From Pirellulales bacterium (GTDB taxonomy: Bacteria > Planctomycetota > Planctomycetia > Pirellulales > UBA7805): 64,000 bases of DNA. The notes under the pieces were generated by a model, which searched no databases, was not told the origin of the DNA, and saw only the letters and a program-made list of their open reading frames with translations. The stretch spans positions 245-64,244 of the forward strand of contig JAYGDO010000642.1 in assembly GCA_046582885.1 (NCBI GenBank). Reading direction: 5' to 3'. Numbering within the stretch: the stretch's first letter is position 1; every line of letters begins with the position of its first letter. Positions 30,628 through 38,588 of the stretch are shown here, piece by piece. The position numbers were made by a program, and so were the translations under genes.

Positions 30628-31548
30628 ATGACGGCAAACGGTTCAAACTGGCGCGAACTTTATCCGTTCGACTCGCATTACCTCGAGATCGACAGCCAGC
30701 GCCTGCACTATTTGGACGAGGGTCGCGGGCCGACGCTGCTGTTGGTTCACGGCAACCCAACCTGGTCGTTCTATTGGCGCAATCTAATCGTGGGACTACG
30801 CGATAAATACCGTGTCGTTGTGCCCGATCATATTGGTTGTGGTCTGAGCGATAAGCCTGGCGGTTATTCGTATTGCCTGGCCAAGCACACGGAGAATCTC
30901 ATCGAACTGATCGACCGGTTGCAACTCGATCAAGTAACGCTGCTGGCGCACGATTGGGGCGGCGCCATCGGATTGGGTGCGGCGCTGTCGCGGCAGGAAC
31001 GTTTCAGTCGATTTGTACTCTTCAACACGGGTGCATTTCCGCCGTGGTTTATTCCGTGGCGAATACGACTTTGCCGTATGCCGTTGTTTGGCCGATTGGC
31101 GGTGCAGGGTTTGAACCTATTCGGACGGGCCGCGCTGCGGATGGCCGTCGTTAAACGCAAACGGATGACGCCCCAAGTCCGTAGGGGACTGCTTGCGCCG
31201 TACGACAGTTGGGCGCATCGCCGCGCCGTTTTTCACTTCGTCAAAGATATCCCAGGGTCGCGCAAGCATCCGACATTCAGGGTGCTTTCGGATTTGGAAA
31301 AACAATTGTCCTCACTCGCCAACCGGCCGATGATGCTGGCTTGGGGCATGCGCGATTGGTGCTTTCGCCCGGAGTGTCTGGACAAGTTTTTGGAAGTTTT
31401 CTCCGAGGCGGAAATACACCGCTTCGATGATGCCGGTCACTATGTGGTCGAGGATTCGCACGAGCAGATTCTGCCGCTTGTCCGAGACTTTTTGCACAGA
31501 CATTCCGGTGGCGAACCAGAACCCGCAGCCAGCCAAAGTAACGCCTGA
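30628..31548 (+). CDS. Alpha/beta-fold hydrolase, haloalkane-dehalogenase-like
   Basis: HGNPTWSFYWR, nucleophile elbow LLAHDWGG and C-terminal AGHYVVED. Confidence 0.8.
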   Translation: MTANGSNWRELYPFDSHYLEIDSQRLHYLDEGRGPTLLLVHGNPTWSFYWRNLIVGLRDKYRVVVPDHIGCGLSDKPGGYSYCLAKHTENLIELIDRLQLDQVTLLAHDWGGAIGLGAALSRQERFSRFVLFNTGAFPPWFIPWRIRLCRMPLFGRLAVQGLNLFGRAALRMAVVKRKRMTPQVRRGLLAPYDSWAHRRAVFHFVKDIPGSRKHPTFRVLSDLEKQLSSLANRPMMLAWGMRDWCFRPECLDKFLEVFSEAEIHRFDDAGHYVVEDSHEQILPLVRDFLHRHSGGEPEPAASQSNA

Positions 31549-31551
31549 ACC

Positions 31552-32412
31552 GTGAATCAAAATTTTTCAATTGGACAATGTGCAACGCTGGCGTGTCTGT
31601 GGGAAGTGACGATTCCCAAGCCCGGCAACGTCCATCGCGGCGCGGACTTTGAAGACCTCAACTTCGCCGACTTTTTGGCCAGCGCCGTTGCCATTGCGCC
31701 GGCTATGAATGCGGCGCCGCAGAACCGCATTGGCCAAACCGTTTTGAACGCCGTGCGGGCAACGCAGGGTGTCGTTTCGACAAACACCAACCTCGGTACT
31801 GTCCTGCTATTGGCGCCACTGGCAACTGTCTCTACCGAGATTTCAATCGAGACGGGTTTATCGGCTGTGCTCAGCGACCTGGAAGCGGATGACGCCATTT
31901 TGGTTTATCGAGCCATTCAAGAGTCTGGCGCCGGCGGACTCGGTTCGGTCGAATCGATGGATGTCGCCGGCGAACCGCCCACCGATTTGCTGGTTGGGAT
32001 GCAGGCCGCCGCCGAGTATGATCTGGTTGCACAGCAGTACGTGAACGGTTTCCAACAGATCCTACAGTGCGTTTGCCCGTGGATTATCGATGGCATCAAC
32101 CGTGGCTGGAATCTTGCCGAATCGGTTGTTCACGCTCACGTTCGTTTGATGAGCGAGTTTCCCGATAGTCTCATTCGTAGAAAATGTGGGGCAAAAGTGG
32201 CCGACGAGTCGGCTGTACGGGCTGCGGGTGTGCTGGACGCGGGCGAACCGCGAAATGACAATTATCGGCGGGCGCTAAACGATGTCGATTTTTGGTTGCG
32301 TGCCGACGGCCACCGGCGCAATCCGGGAACCACCGCTGATATAATCGCAGCCGGTCTGTTTCTGCTGATACGCGAAGGCGTGATTACCACACCGCTGCCC
32401 AGGGTGTTTTAA
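31552..32412 (+). CDS. Triphosphoribosyl-dephospho-CoA synthase (CitG/MdcB) family protein
   Basis: GTG start. KPGNVHRGADFEDLNFADFLASA, NTNLGTVLLLAPL and NPGTTADIIAAGLF. Confidence 0.7.
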   Translation: MNQNFSIGQCATLACLWEVTIPKPGNVHRGADFEDLNFADFLASAVAIAPAMNAAPQNRIGQTVLNAVRATQGVVSTNTNLGTVLLLAPLATVSTEISIETGLSAVLSDLEADDAILVYRAIQESGAGGLGSVESMDVAGEPPTDLLVGMQAAAEYDLVAQQYVNGFQQILQCVCPWIIDGINRGWNLAESVVHAHVRLMSEFPDSLIRRKCGAKVADESAVRAAGVLDAGEPRNDNYRRALNDVDFWLRADGHRRNPGTTADIIAAGLFLLIREGVITTPLPRVF

Positions 32413-32414
32413 CG

Positions 32415-32903
32415 ATGAGTGAATCCTATCACGTTCGTATTGAAAAAGATTATCTGGTGTTCAGTGCGGGCCACTTTATTACGTTTGACGGCGATGTGTG
32501 TGAGCGTCTGCACGGACACAATTATCGCCTTGCTGCGGAAATCCACGGGCCACTCGACGAAAACCACTATGTCGTCGACTTCATCGCCCTGCGGGACACG
32601 CTCAAGGCGATTGTCGACGAGTTGGATCATCACATGTTGTTGCCGACCGAACATCCACTGATTCAAATTGCCGCGGACGATCAGAGCGTGGAAGTCACCT
32701 TTCGTGACCGTCGCTGGGTTTTCCCTCGCGGCGATTGTGTTTTGCTTCCCGTGGCAAACACAACGACGGAATTGCTAGCGCGTTATATCGGTCTGCGGCT
32801 GCTGGACGACCTGCAAGAGCGGACAGGCCAGGTTCCGGATCAGGTTAAGGTCGCGGTCGATGAAAACTTCGGTCAGTGGGGCGTCTGGGAGCAAAAAAAA
32901 TAA
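32415..32903 (+). CDS. 6-pyruvoyl-tetrahydropterin synthase (PTPS/QueD) family protein
   Basis: FSAGHFITF...CERLHGHNYRL...HYVVDFIALRD is typical of the PTPS fold. Two-nt gap from the CitG-like gene. Confidence 0.8.
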   Translation: MSESYHVRIEKDYLVFSAGHFITFDGDVCERLHGHNYRLAAEIHGPLDENHYVVDFIALRDTLKAIVDELDHHMLLPTEHPLIQIAADDQSVEVTFRDRRWVFPRGDCVLLPVANTTTELLARYIGLRLLDDLQERTGQVPDQVKVAVDENFGQWGVWEQKK

Positions 32904-32965
32904 CTCCGTCGCGGGCCGGCGGCACGACGGAGTGGTGTGCTTTTATCGGTGTTGTTCGTTGCAGT

Positions 32966-33997
32966 TTATCGTGAAGCATGCCAGCCGTTGTCGTCCAACT
33001 TACGAACCGGCACGCCGGTGGCGTGCGAAGTTCGCTGCACTGCGGTCTGCGGCAACGCGGCGGTCTTTTCGTTTTCGCTTTTCAACTGCGGCTTGGCATC
33101 CAATTCACGCATCGGCAGGTATTTGGCCGCGCTGTTTTCGCCGCTGTCGTCATTGTCCTCCTCCGCTTCGGGCTTTAGCGATTCCTGCGGCGTCAACGTC
33201 GGCTGCGGCGTAGGAGTTCCGGAATGTTGGGTCGCTGCACCAACGTCAGTAGGACATGTGGCACAAGCGCCGACCGCACATGGCGAGCAGCCAACATTCG
33301 TCGTGCATCGTAAGACGGTGTTGCATCGATAAACGGGGCGGTAGGTGGTGTAGGCCACCTTGCGACATTGCTGTACGTACGTCGTACAGGGTTTCATGCA
33401 CGTTGTTTTGAAACCCGTGTAGGGATCGCAGGTCGTGACCGGTCGGTACGTCGTCACCGGCACGGAATAGACTTGATTCCGATAAGATGTTTGGGGCACA
33501 TATCGAACCGTGCATGCCGTGGCCGGCTTGCAACAACTCGTCCTGCACGGACTCGCGCAAGCGGTGCTGCCGGCGACTGGCATGTAGGCGACTCGCACTG
33601 CCGGGCGGAACCACGCCGGTGGCCATAAGGCCCGCGGCCACCGCGGAAGTAGCGGGCGGTATGCGGTAACAACTGTCGGTTGCGTGATGACCGGCGAAGC
33701 GGCCACGACGGTCGCTGCGGGTTGGGTGCCATCTACAACTCGCACTGCCGGGCGGAACCACGCCGGTGGCCATAAGGCCCGCGGCCAGCTCGGAAGTAGT
33801 GGACGGTATGTGGTGACGACCGCCGGTTGTACGACCACGGGAGAAGCGGCCACGACGGTCGGCGCGGGTTGTTGGTAGTACGTGGCTTGTGCCTCGCATG
33901 TGTCCGCCGACGTCAATGCGAATCCAACCACAGCGCAAATGACAAATAGTGTGCAGAGGCTTCTGTTCGACATGTTGAATGGCTCCGATAGTAGCAA
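32966..33997 (-). CDS. Secreted Cys/Thr/Pro/Tyr-rich repetitive protein, function unknown
   Basis: Signal peptide (LCTLFVICAVVGFALTSA). Recurrent T-(T/A)-Y-R-P motifs, many Cys, an internal 49-aa duplication and an acidic C-terminal region. Confidence 0.65.
   Translation of the reverse strand: MLLSEPFNMSNRSLCTLFVICAVVGFALTSADTCEAQATYYQQPAPTVVAASPVVVQPAVVTTYRPLLPSWPRALWPPAWFRPAVRVVDGTQPAATVVAASPVITQPTVVTAYRPLLPRWPRALWPPAWFRPAVRVAYMPVAGSTACASPCRTSCCKPATACTVRYVPQTSYRNQVYSVPVTTYRPVTTCDPYTGFKTTCMKPCTTYVQQCRKVAYTTYRPVYRCNTVLRCTTNVGCSPCAVGACATCPTDVGAATQHSGTPTPQPTLTPQESLKPEAEEDNDDSGENSAAKYLPMRELDAKPQLKSENEKTAALPQTAVQRTSHATGVPVRKLDDNGWHASR
33591..33884 (-). repeat. 147-bp tandem duplication (2 copies) inside the repetitive-protein gene
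   Basis: Copy 1 starts at actcgcactgccgggcggaaccacgccggtggccataaggcccgcggcca (33591). A near-identical copy 2 starts at 33738. They encode VVAASPV(V/I)(V/T)QP(A/T)VVT(T/A)YRPLLP(S/R)WPRALWPPAWFRPAVRV. Confidence 0.9.
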
Positions 33998-34296
33998 TAC
34001 TTAATTTCCGGGGACAAATACCCTCATTCCTTTAGAACCAGCGGAGGACGTTTGGTCAATAAGCTGTCACCGCAAGCACGGAAAAAGGTAATAAATTCTG
34101 TTCTGGTAAAGTGTGCGCCTTAGTCAATTCCTAACGACATTTCCGGTTACAGGACCTCTAAGTCCTTTCCCTGCGTCACAAACTCAGCGGCCAATCTGCC
34201 GCTGAAGGCACCTGTACTAATCTAGGTCACAAATGATTTGTGTGCAAAATTGGCGTCGCGAGCAATGGTCGGTGTTTTGTCGCCTGCCGCCGTTGG

Positions 34297-34992
34297 TCAA
34301 CGGCGGCAGTCTGGCGATCGACGGTAATGCTGTTCGTAGTGATCGTACAGCTCGAAAAATACGTCGCGTAGATTGCCGTTATGATTCACGAACGCCCGAC
34401 GAATGACATCGCGGTCGATCGGCGGCCGTTCACCGGTGAGCTGCCCAACGAGCGATACGGCCAAGTCTAAAGTGCTCGCTGTGCGGTGCATCGTCGGCAG
34501 GCCGATGTCGTGGTGTGCCGACACAAGTAAACCCCAACGAAGACGAAGGCATTTTCGCCGTAGTCGTCTAGTGGCGAGCCAATTCAACTGCTCGTAGCCA
34601 TCGACGATGACGATCGCCGGTTGGACGCTGATGGGCTCTTGCCGAACCTGTTTGACCCATCCCGCAGGCATGCGCCGCTGACTGTCGCGGAGCGAGAAAA
34701 GTACCGGTGAGAAGCCTGCTCGCCTCAGTTCCTCAACAACCGCGGCTAGCAAAGTCGATTTTCCAGACCCGTGGGGGCCGACAATCTGTCCCCAACCGCC
34801 AGCCTCAGCGAGTCGCTGCACGAGCTCCGCGGTGCTCGGTCCTGAGGAGAAAACGAAGTCCAGAGCGCCCGGCCGAACGTAGCGTGTCGCGAATGGATTA
34901 TGATCTGGCAACGGCGAATCAGCCGTCGACTTTTGCTTCCCGGTCACTCTGCTTCGCGTCCTGTTGTCGCTCTGCATCACTCGATTCGCCAT
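34297..34992 (-). CDS. Orphan P-loop NTPase, function unknown
   Basis: Walker A GPHGSGKSTLLAAV and Walker-B-like AIVIVDGYEQ. The ORF track extends to 35262, but that part overlaps the upstream gene. ATG 34992 or 34977 is the likely start, overlapping the upstream gene by roughly 59-74 nt. Confidence 0.65.
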   Translation of the reverse strand: MANRVMQSDNRTRSRVTGKQKSTADSPLPDHNPFATRYVRPGALDFVFSSGPSTAELVQRLAEAGGWGQIVGPHGSGKSTLLAAVVEELRRAGFSPVLFSLRDSQRRMPAGWVKQVRQEPISVQPAIVIVDGYEQLNWLATRRLRRKCLRLRWGLLVSAHHDIGLPTMHRTASTLDLAVSLVGQLTGERPPIDRDVIRRAFVNHNGNLRDVFFELYDHYEQHYRRSPDCRR

Positions 34993-35440
34993 TGTCGCCG
35001 GCGGACAACGACTTCGGGACTTTCCACGGTCGCGGCCGGGGAACACTTCCCAACCGAAATGGCTGCTCGACAACGGACTCCTTGCCCTTGGCAAGAAAAA
35101 CCCGAATCCGCACCGACCAGTGAATTTTGACGATCGCGCCTTCGTAGCTGAGCGGGCTATTTGGAAGTTGCGTCCTGAATCGCTGGGACTGTCGAAAATC
35201 GACCGGCTGGCCCGTATCGTTCGTAATTCTCTCGAAATAATGGACGTCGAGGTCCTCGTCACCCTTGCCTTCGGTCAGCCACAGCACGGAGACTTCAACC
35301 GACTTAATCTCCTGCGGTTCGGCGCAGTTGACAAAGTACTCACCCGCCAGATCGTCGCCCGGCTGGTACGTACGCCGATCGCCGATCAGTCTCAGTGAGA
35401 TGGCCGAGGCCGTCGATCCTAATGCCGTATCCAAAAACAT
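34919..35440 (-). CDS. Small protein with a predicted beta-sandwich (arrestin-N/Spo0M-like) pattern, acidic tail
   Basis: ORF track, with strong third-position G/C bias. Pattern YQPGDDLAGEYFV...EIKSVEVSVLWLTEGKG...LPNSPLSYEGAIVKIHWSVRIRV. The fold call is an inference. Confidence 0.6.
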   Translation of the reverse strand: MFLDTALGSTASAISLRLIGDRRTYQPGDDLAGEYFVNCAEPQEIKSVEVSVLWLTEGKGDEDLDVHYFERITNDTGQPVDFRQSQRFRTQLPNSPLSYEGAIVKIHWSVRIRVFLAKGKESVVEQPFRLGSVPRPRPWKVPKSLSAGDNGESSDAERQQDAKQSDREAKVDG

Positions 35441-35547
35441 GCACCTCTCCTCGATGCCGTTAATCTACCAAACTTTGCGGATTTCGCCACATCGCGATTC
35501 TTCGGCCGGCGCAATTGCCGTGACAGATCTCTCCCAATTGCGGCGTA

Positions 35548-37095
35548 TCAGCCGCCAGCCGTAAAGAAAGCGGCAACTTTTAGGTAGACCTGCTCATAAC
35601 CGACCCACACGGTAAATATACCGAAAAATGCGACCGACCAGATGAGAATTAGCACCCGCCACCAGCTCGCCCGCAAGGTTTGGGGCAGTGCTTTGAAATT
35701 GAGCACCAGCAGCAGGATGCTGTAGAGAAACATCACTGCGCCGTTTAGCGCCGCGCTGAGTATTACTAGCGTTAATGCTTTGACGGGAACGCCGGCTTGT
35801 TCCAGGAGGATGACGCCCGAACCTAACAGAATCAGTCCCCACAGAAAAACGTAGTAAAGGCGGCTCTCCGACCAGTATCGGCTTTCGCGCAGCCAGTTCA
35901 CCTTGACCAAATCGGTTGATATGCGGCTGACTGCATCGAGAATGCCGAATTCCGTAGTGAGTAACAGCGCAATGCCCATGACCAGAAAAATCAGCCGCGT
36001 CTGCGGTCCGATTACTTGTTCCTGGTCCAAATATCTCGCCTCTCCGCGGATAAAGTCCATACCTTCCTGGTAACGATCGGCCTTCGGAATTAGCGACCCA
36101 TTCGGCTCATAAAAAATGCTGTAACTGATCAACGTGAGCAGCACAAGACAAATCAAACACGTGACGTAAAACGAAAAAAAGTGTTCGATGCTGGCCGCCC
36201 GCCACCATCGTTTCCAGCGGCTCATGTTTTCTTCGGTCGGCGGAAAGTGGAAACCGATTTCAGAAACCGCCTCCTCCTGGCCGGTAATCGGACTCGTAAT
36301 CCGCCCGATATACTGGCCCATACCATAGCCCTTGTCTTTGACGTAATTGCTTTGCCCCAGATTCAGCGCACCGCCGACACCGGCGAAAGCGATTGCTCCC
36401 AACAACGTGGCGACTCCCATGTTGACGTCGGGTTCGATTTTCGGGAAACCGAAACTCATCGCGCCGTTAAGTTGAGCGGCAATGGCGTCGGGCCTGACTA
36501 CGGCAACCGCGAAAATGATGACCAGTATGATGATCAAGCCAACCAGGACAAATTGGATTTTTTCCACCGTTTCGTAAACGACCGGCCCCGCGGTCAAGAT
36601 TGCGCCGCACAGTAATAGGCCCCCGATGGACAGCCCAGTCATGGCCCAACCGTCGTTGGCAAACTGATCGCCCCAAATCAACCAGCCCAGCATTTGGGCG
36701 GCGGCCTTGGCCCAACCGGGAAACATCCAAGGAACGATACACAACAACAGAAAGATCGGTGCCCATCGCCGACTCATCCGACAGAAACCGGTGATGACAC
36801 TTTCTCCCGTGGCGAGCGACCAGCGCGTAATTTCCATGTTCAGGAAGTACTGGGTCGTGACGCCCAACAGGCATGCCCAAAAGAACACAAATCCGCTGTG
36901 AAAGGTGATTTTCGGCCAGAGAATAAATTCGCCGCTTCCCAGTGCCAGACCGGCGAGAATGATCCCCGGGCCAACCATCCGCCGCATCGGTACGGGTTCC
37001 GGAAGGTCTCGGTACCGCAGCGGCGGCAGATGGCCGTGCGGAATTACGCTGTCGGGGACGGCTTGGTCGTTTTCAGTTTTTTCGGGCGTCGCCAT
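35548..37095 (-). CDS. Nramp-related family membrane transporter
   Basis: About 11-12 hydrophobic helices. N-terminal core MVGPGIILAGLALGSGEFILWP...TQYFLNMEITRWSLATGE. Start moved to ATG 37095 to remove the overlap with the upstream gene. Confidence 0.7.
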   Translation of the reverse strand: MATPEKTENDQAVPDSVIPHGHLPPLRYRDLPEPVPMRRMVGPGIILAGLALGSGEFILWPKITFHSGFVFFWACLLGVTTQYFLNMEITRWSLATGESVITGFCRMSRRWAPIFLLLCIVPWMFPGWAKAAAQMLGWLIWGDQFANDGWAMTGLSIGGLLLCGAILTAGPVVYETVEKIQFVLVGLIIILVIIFAVAVVRPDAIAAQLNGAMSFGFPKIEPDVNMGVATLLGAIAFAGVGGALNLGQSNYVKDKGYGMGQYIGRITSPITGQEEAVSEIGFHFPPTEENMSRWKRWWRAASIEHFFSFYVTCLICLVLLTLISYSIFYEPNGSLIPKADRYQEGMDFIRGEARYLDQEQVIGPQTRLIFLVMGIALLLTTEFGILDAVSRISTDLVKVNWLRESRYWSESRLYYVFLWGLILLGSGVILLEQAGVPVKALTLVILSAALNGAVMFLYSILLLVLNFKALPQTLRASWWRVLILIWSVAFFGIFTVWVGYEQVYLKVAAFFTAGG

Positions 37096-37105
37096 GCGGT
37101 CGTAC

Positions 37106-38446
37106 TCACGAAGTCGTTTCGTGTTCGAGATTATCGCGGCCCATACCGTTGCCGGCTGGGACAACGACAATAGGAAAACTGCGTTCAGAGTTTCGCCTGC
37201 CGTTTACGTTACTGCGGACAAGCAGTTTCCACTGCACCACGTTGTGGGCGGCACGAAATGAGTGCATGGCATCATCGGGGACACGCAGGGGACAGCGCAC
37301 TTCGTATGGCGTGATCCCGTCGATTTCAAACCGCTCCTTTGAAAAGACCGTATGCGCGCTCACCATCCCTGTCGAAGTCACCGTGTCGGTGCCCTGCCGA
37401 AACGTCGCTTCCTCTTCACAGACGAGCAAAACATCGAAGCTGTTCACGTCGAGTTTTCCCGTCTGGGCGACAAATAATTCACACTGTCCTCCCGGTGCGA
37501 GCGGGTGCTCGCTAATCTCGACGCGTGTGGGCGCCGTCCGACTGGCCCGCCAAAACTGCCGGATGGTTCGAATGACTAACCAGATACCGACAGAGGCGAA
37601 TGCAATTACTGCCGTTGTCGAATACCAATCACTGCGCCCGGCAAGATGTCCGTTAACGTTCAAAACGGCGAAAAGCACGACTAGGCCATTCCAGCCCAGA
37701 CAGATCGTCGCCAGCGTAAACATCTTCCAACCGGACGACGTTTCCATGGGCAACCGGTATGCCAATGTTGTACCGGGGCTATTTTTCAACTCAGCATCGG
37801 TCGGAACCGTGGGAAAGTCCGCCCGCTCGTTCTTTGCTTCGTGAAATAACTCCACATCGGCGGCCTTCTGCACGAGCGCAGCGCGGCGCTCGCGCGAGAC
37901 GGCGGCCTGCCAGACCGTGAAGCCCAGTCCTCCTGCGCCTACGGCGATCAGAGCGGTTGGCAGCAGCAGTGCAATCCAATAGGAAAACCAATTCCAGCGC
38001 GCCAACACGACCTGTGCGGGAGCGTTGGGATCGTACCAGCACGGATAAGTCTCACCTAATTTGAATTCGGCCGCGACACGTTCCGCGGATTCCTGATCGG
38101 CAAACGGACGATCAATTAGGTCATAATTGTTAGCGCGAAAAGTGGTTCCTGCAACGTCATATTCGAAGGGGATCATGGGACGATAACCGACACTCTCCGA
38201 GTTGTCGCTACGCTGTTCGGCGCGGGGGATTTCGACAATACGGCACGTGGTCTCAACAAAGTGCTGATTGACGCGCCAGTTTGGCAAGGTGACCCAAAAC
38301 AAGATTGCTACCAATGCCGCCGTACCGACCGCGAGGCAAGCCAAAAAAAAGATTCCCTCACCAAATCGGCCAATTCGAGAAGAAATGGCGCCGTGATCGC
38401 CACGCTTTTTGGACAGCACTCGTGACAAACTAAGTCGACTTGTCAA
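37106..38446 (-). CDS. Membrane protein: DUF3592-like N-terminal module plus C-terminal beta-sandwich-like module
   Basis: A TM helix, then TTCRIVEIP...YRPMIPFEYDVAGTTFRANNYD (DUF3592-like), then TM helices. C-terminus LAPGGQCELFVAQTGKLDVNSFDVLLVCEEEATF...HSFRAAHNVVQWKLLVRSNV. TTG start at 38446, with GTG 38419 as an alternative. Confidence 0.65.
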   Translation of the reverse strand: MTSRLSLSRVLSKKRGDHGAISSRIGRFGEGIFFLACLAVGTAALVAILFWVTLPNWRVNQHFVETTCRIVEIPRAEQRSDNSESVGYRPMIPFEYDVAGTTFRANNYDLIDRPFADQESAERVAAEFKLGETYPCWYDPNAPAQVVLARWNWFSYWIALLLPTALIAVGAGGLGFTVWQAAVSRERRAALVQKAADVELFHEAKNERADFPTVPTDAELKNSPGTTLAYRLPMETSSGWKMFTLATICLGWNGLVVLFAVLNVNGHLAGRSDWYSTTAVIAFASVGIWLVIRTIRQFWRASRTAPTRVEISEHPLAPGGQCELFVAQTGKLDVNSFDVLLVCEEEATFRQGTDTVTSTGMVSAHTVFSKERFEIDGITPYEVRCPLRVPDDAMHSFRAAHNVVQWKLLVRSNVNGRRNSERSFPIVVVPAGNGMGRDNLEHETTS

Positions 38447-38588
38447 AATTGCACGTTTTCCGGTTCATGTCGGAGTACAAACCCTCGGTGCAAAACCTTG
38501 CATCCGAACCGATCAGGGATTATACCCAGTTGCCGCCGCTTCATCGTCCCCACTAAACAACCAAACATCGCTTAAATTGGAATTCAAA

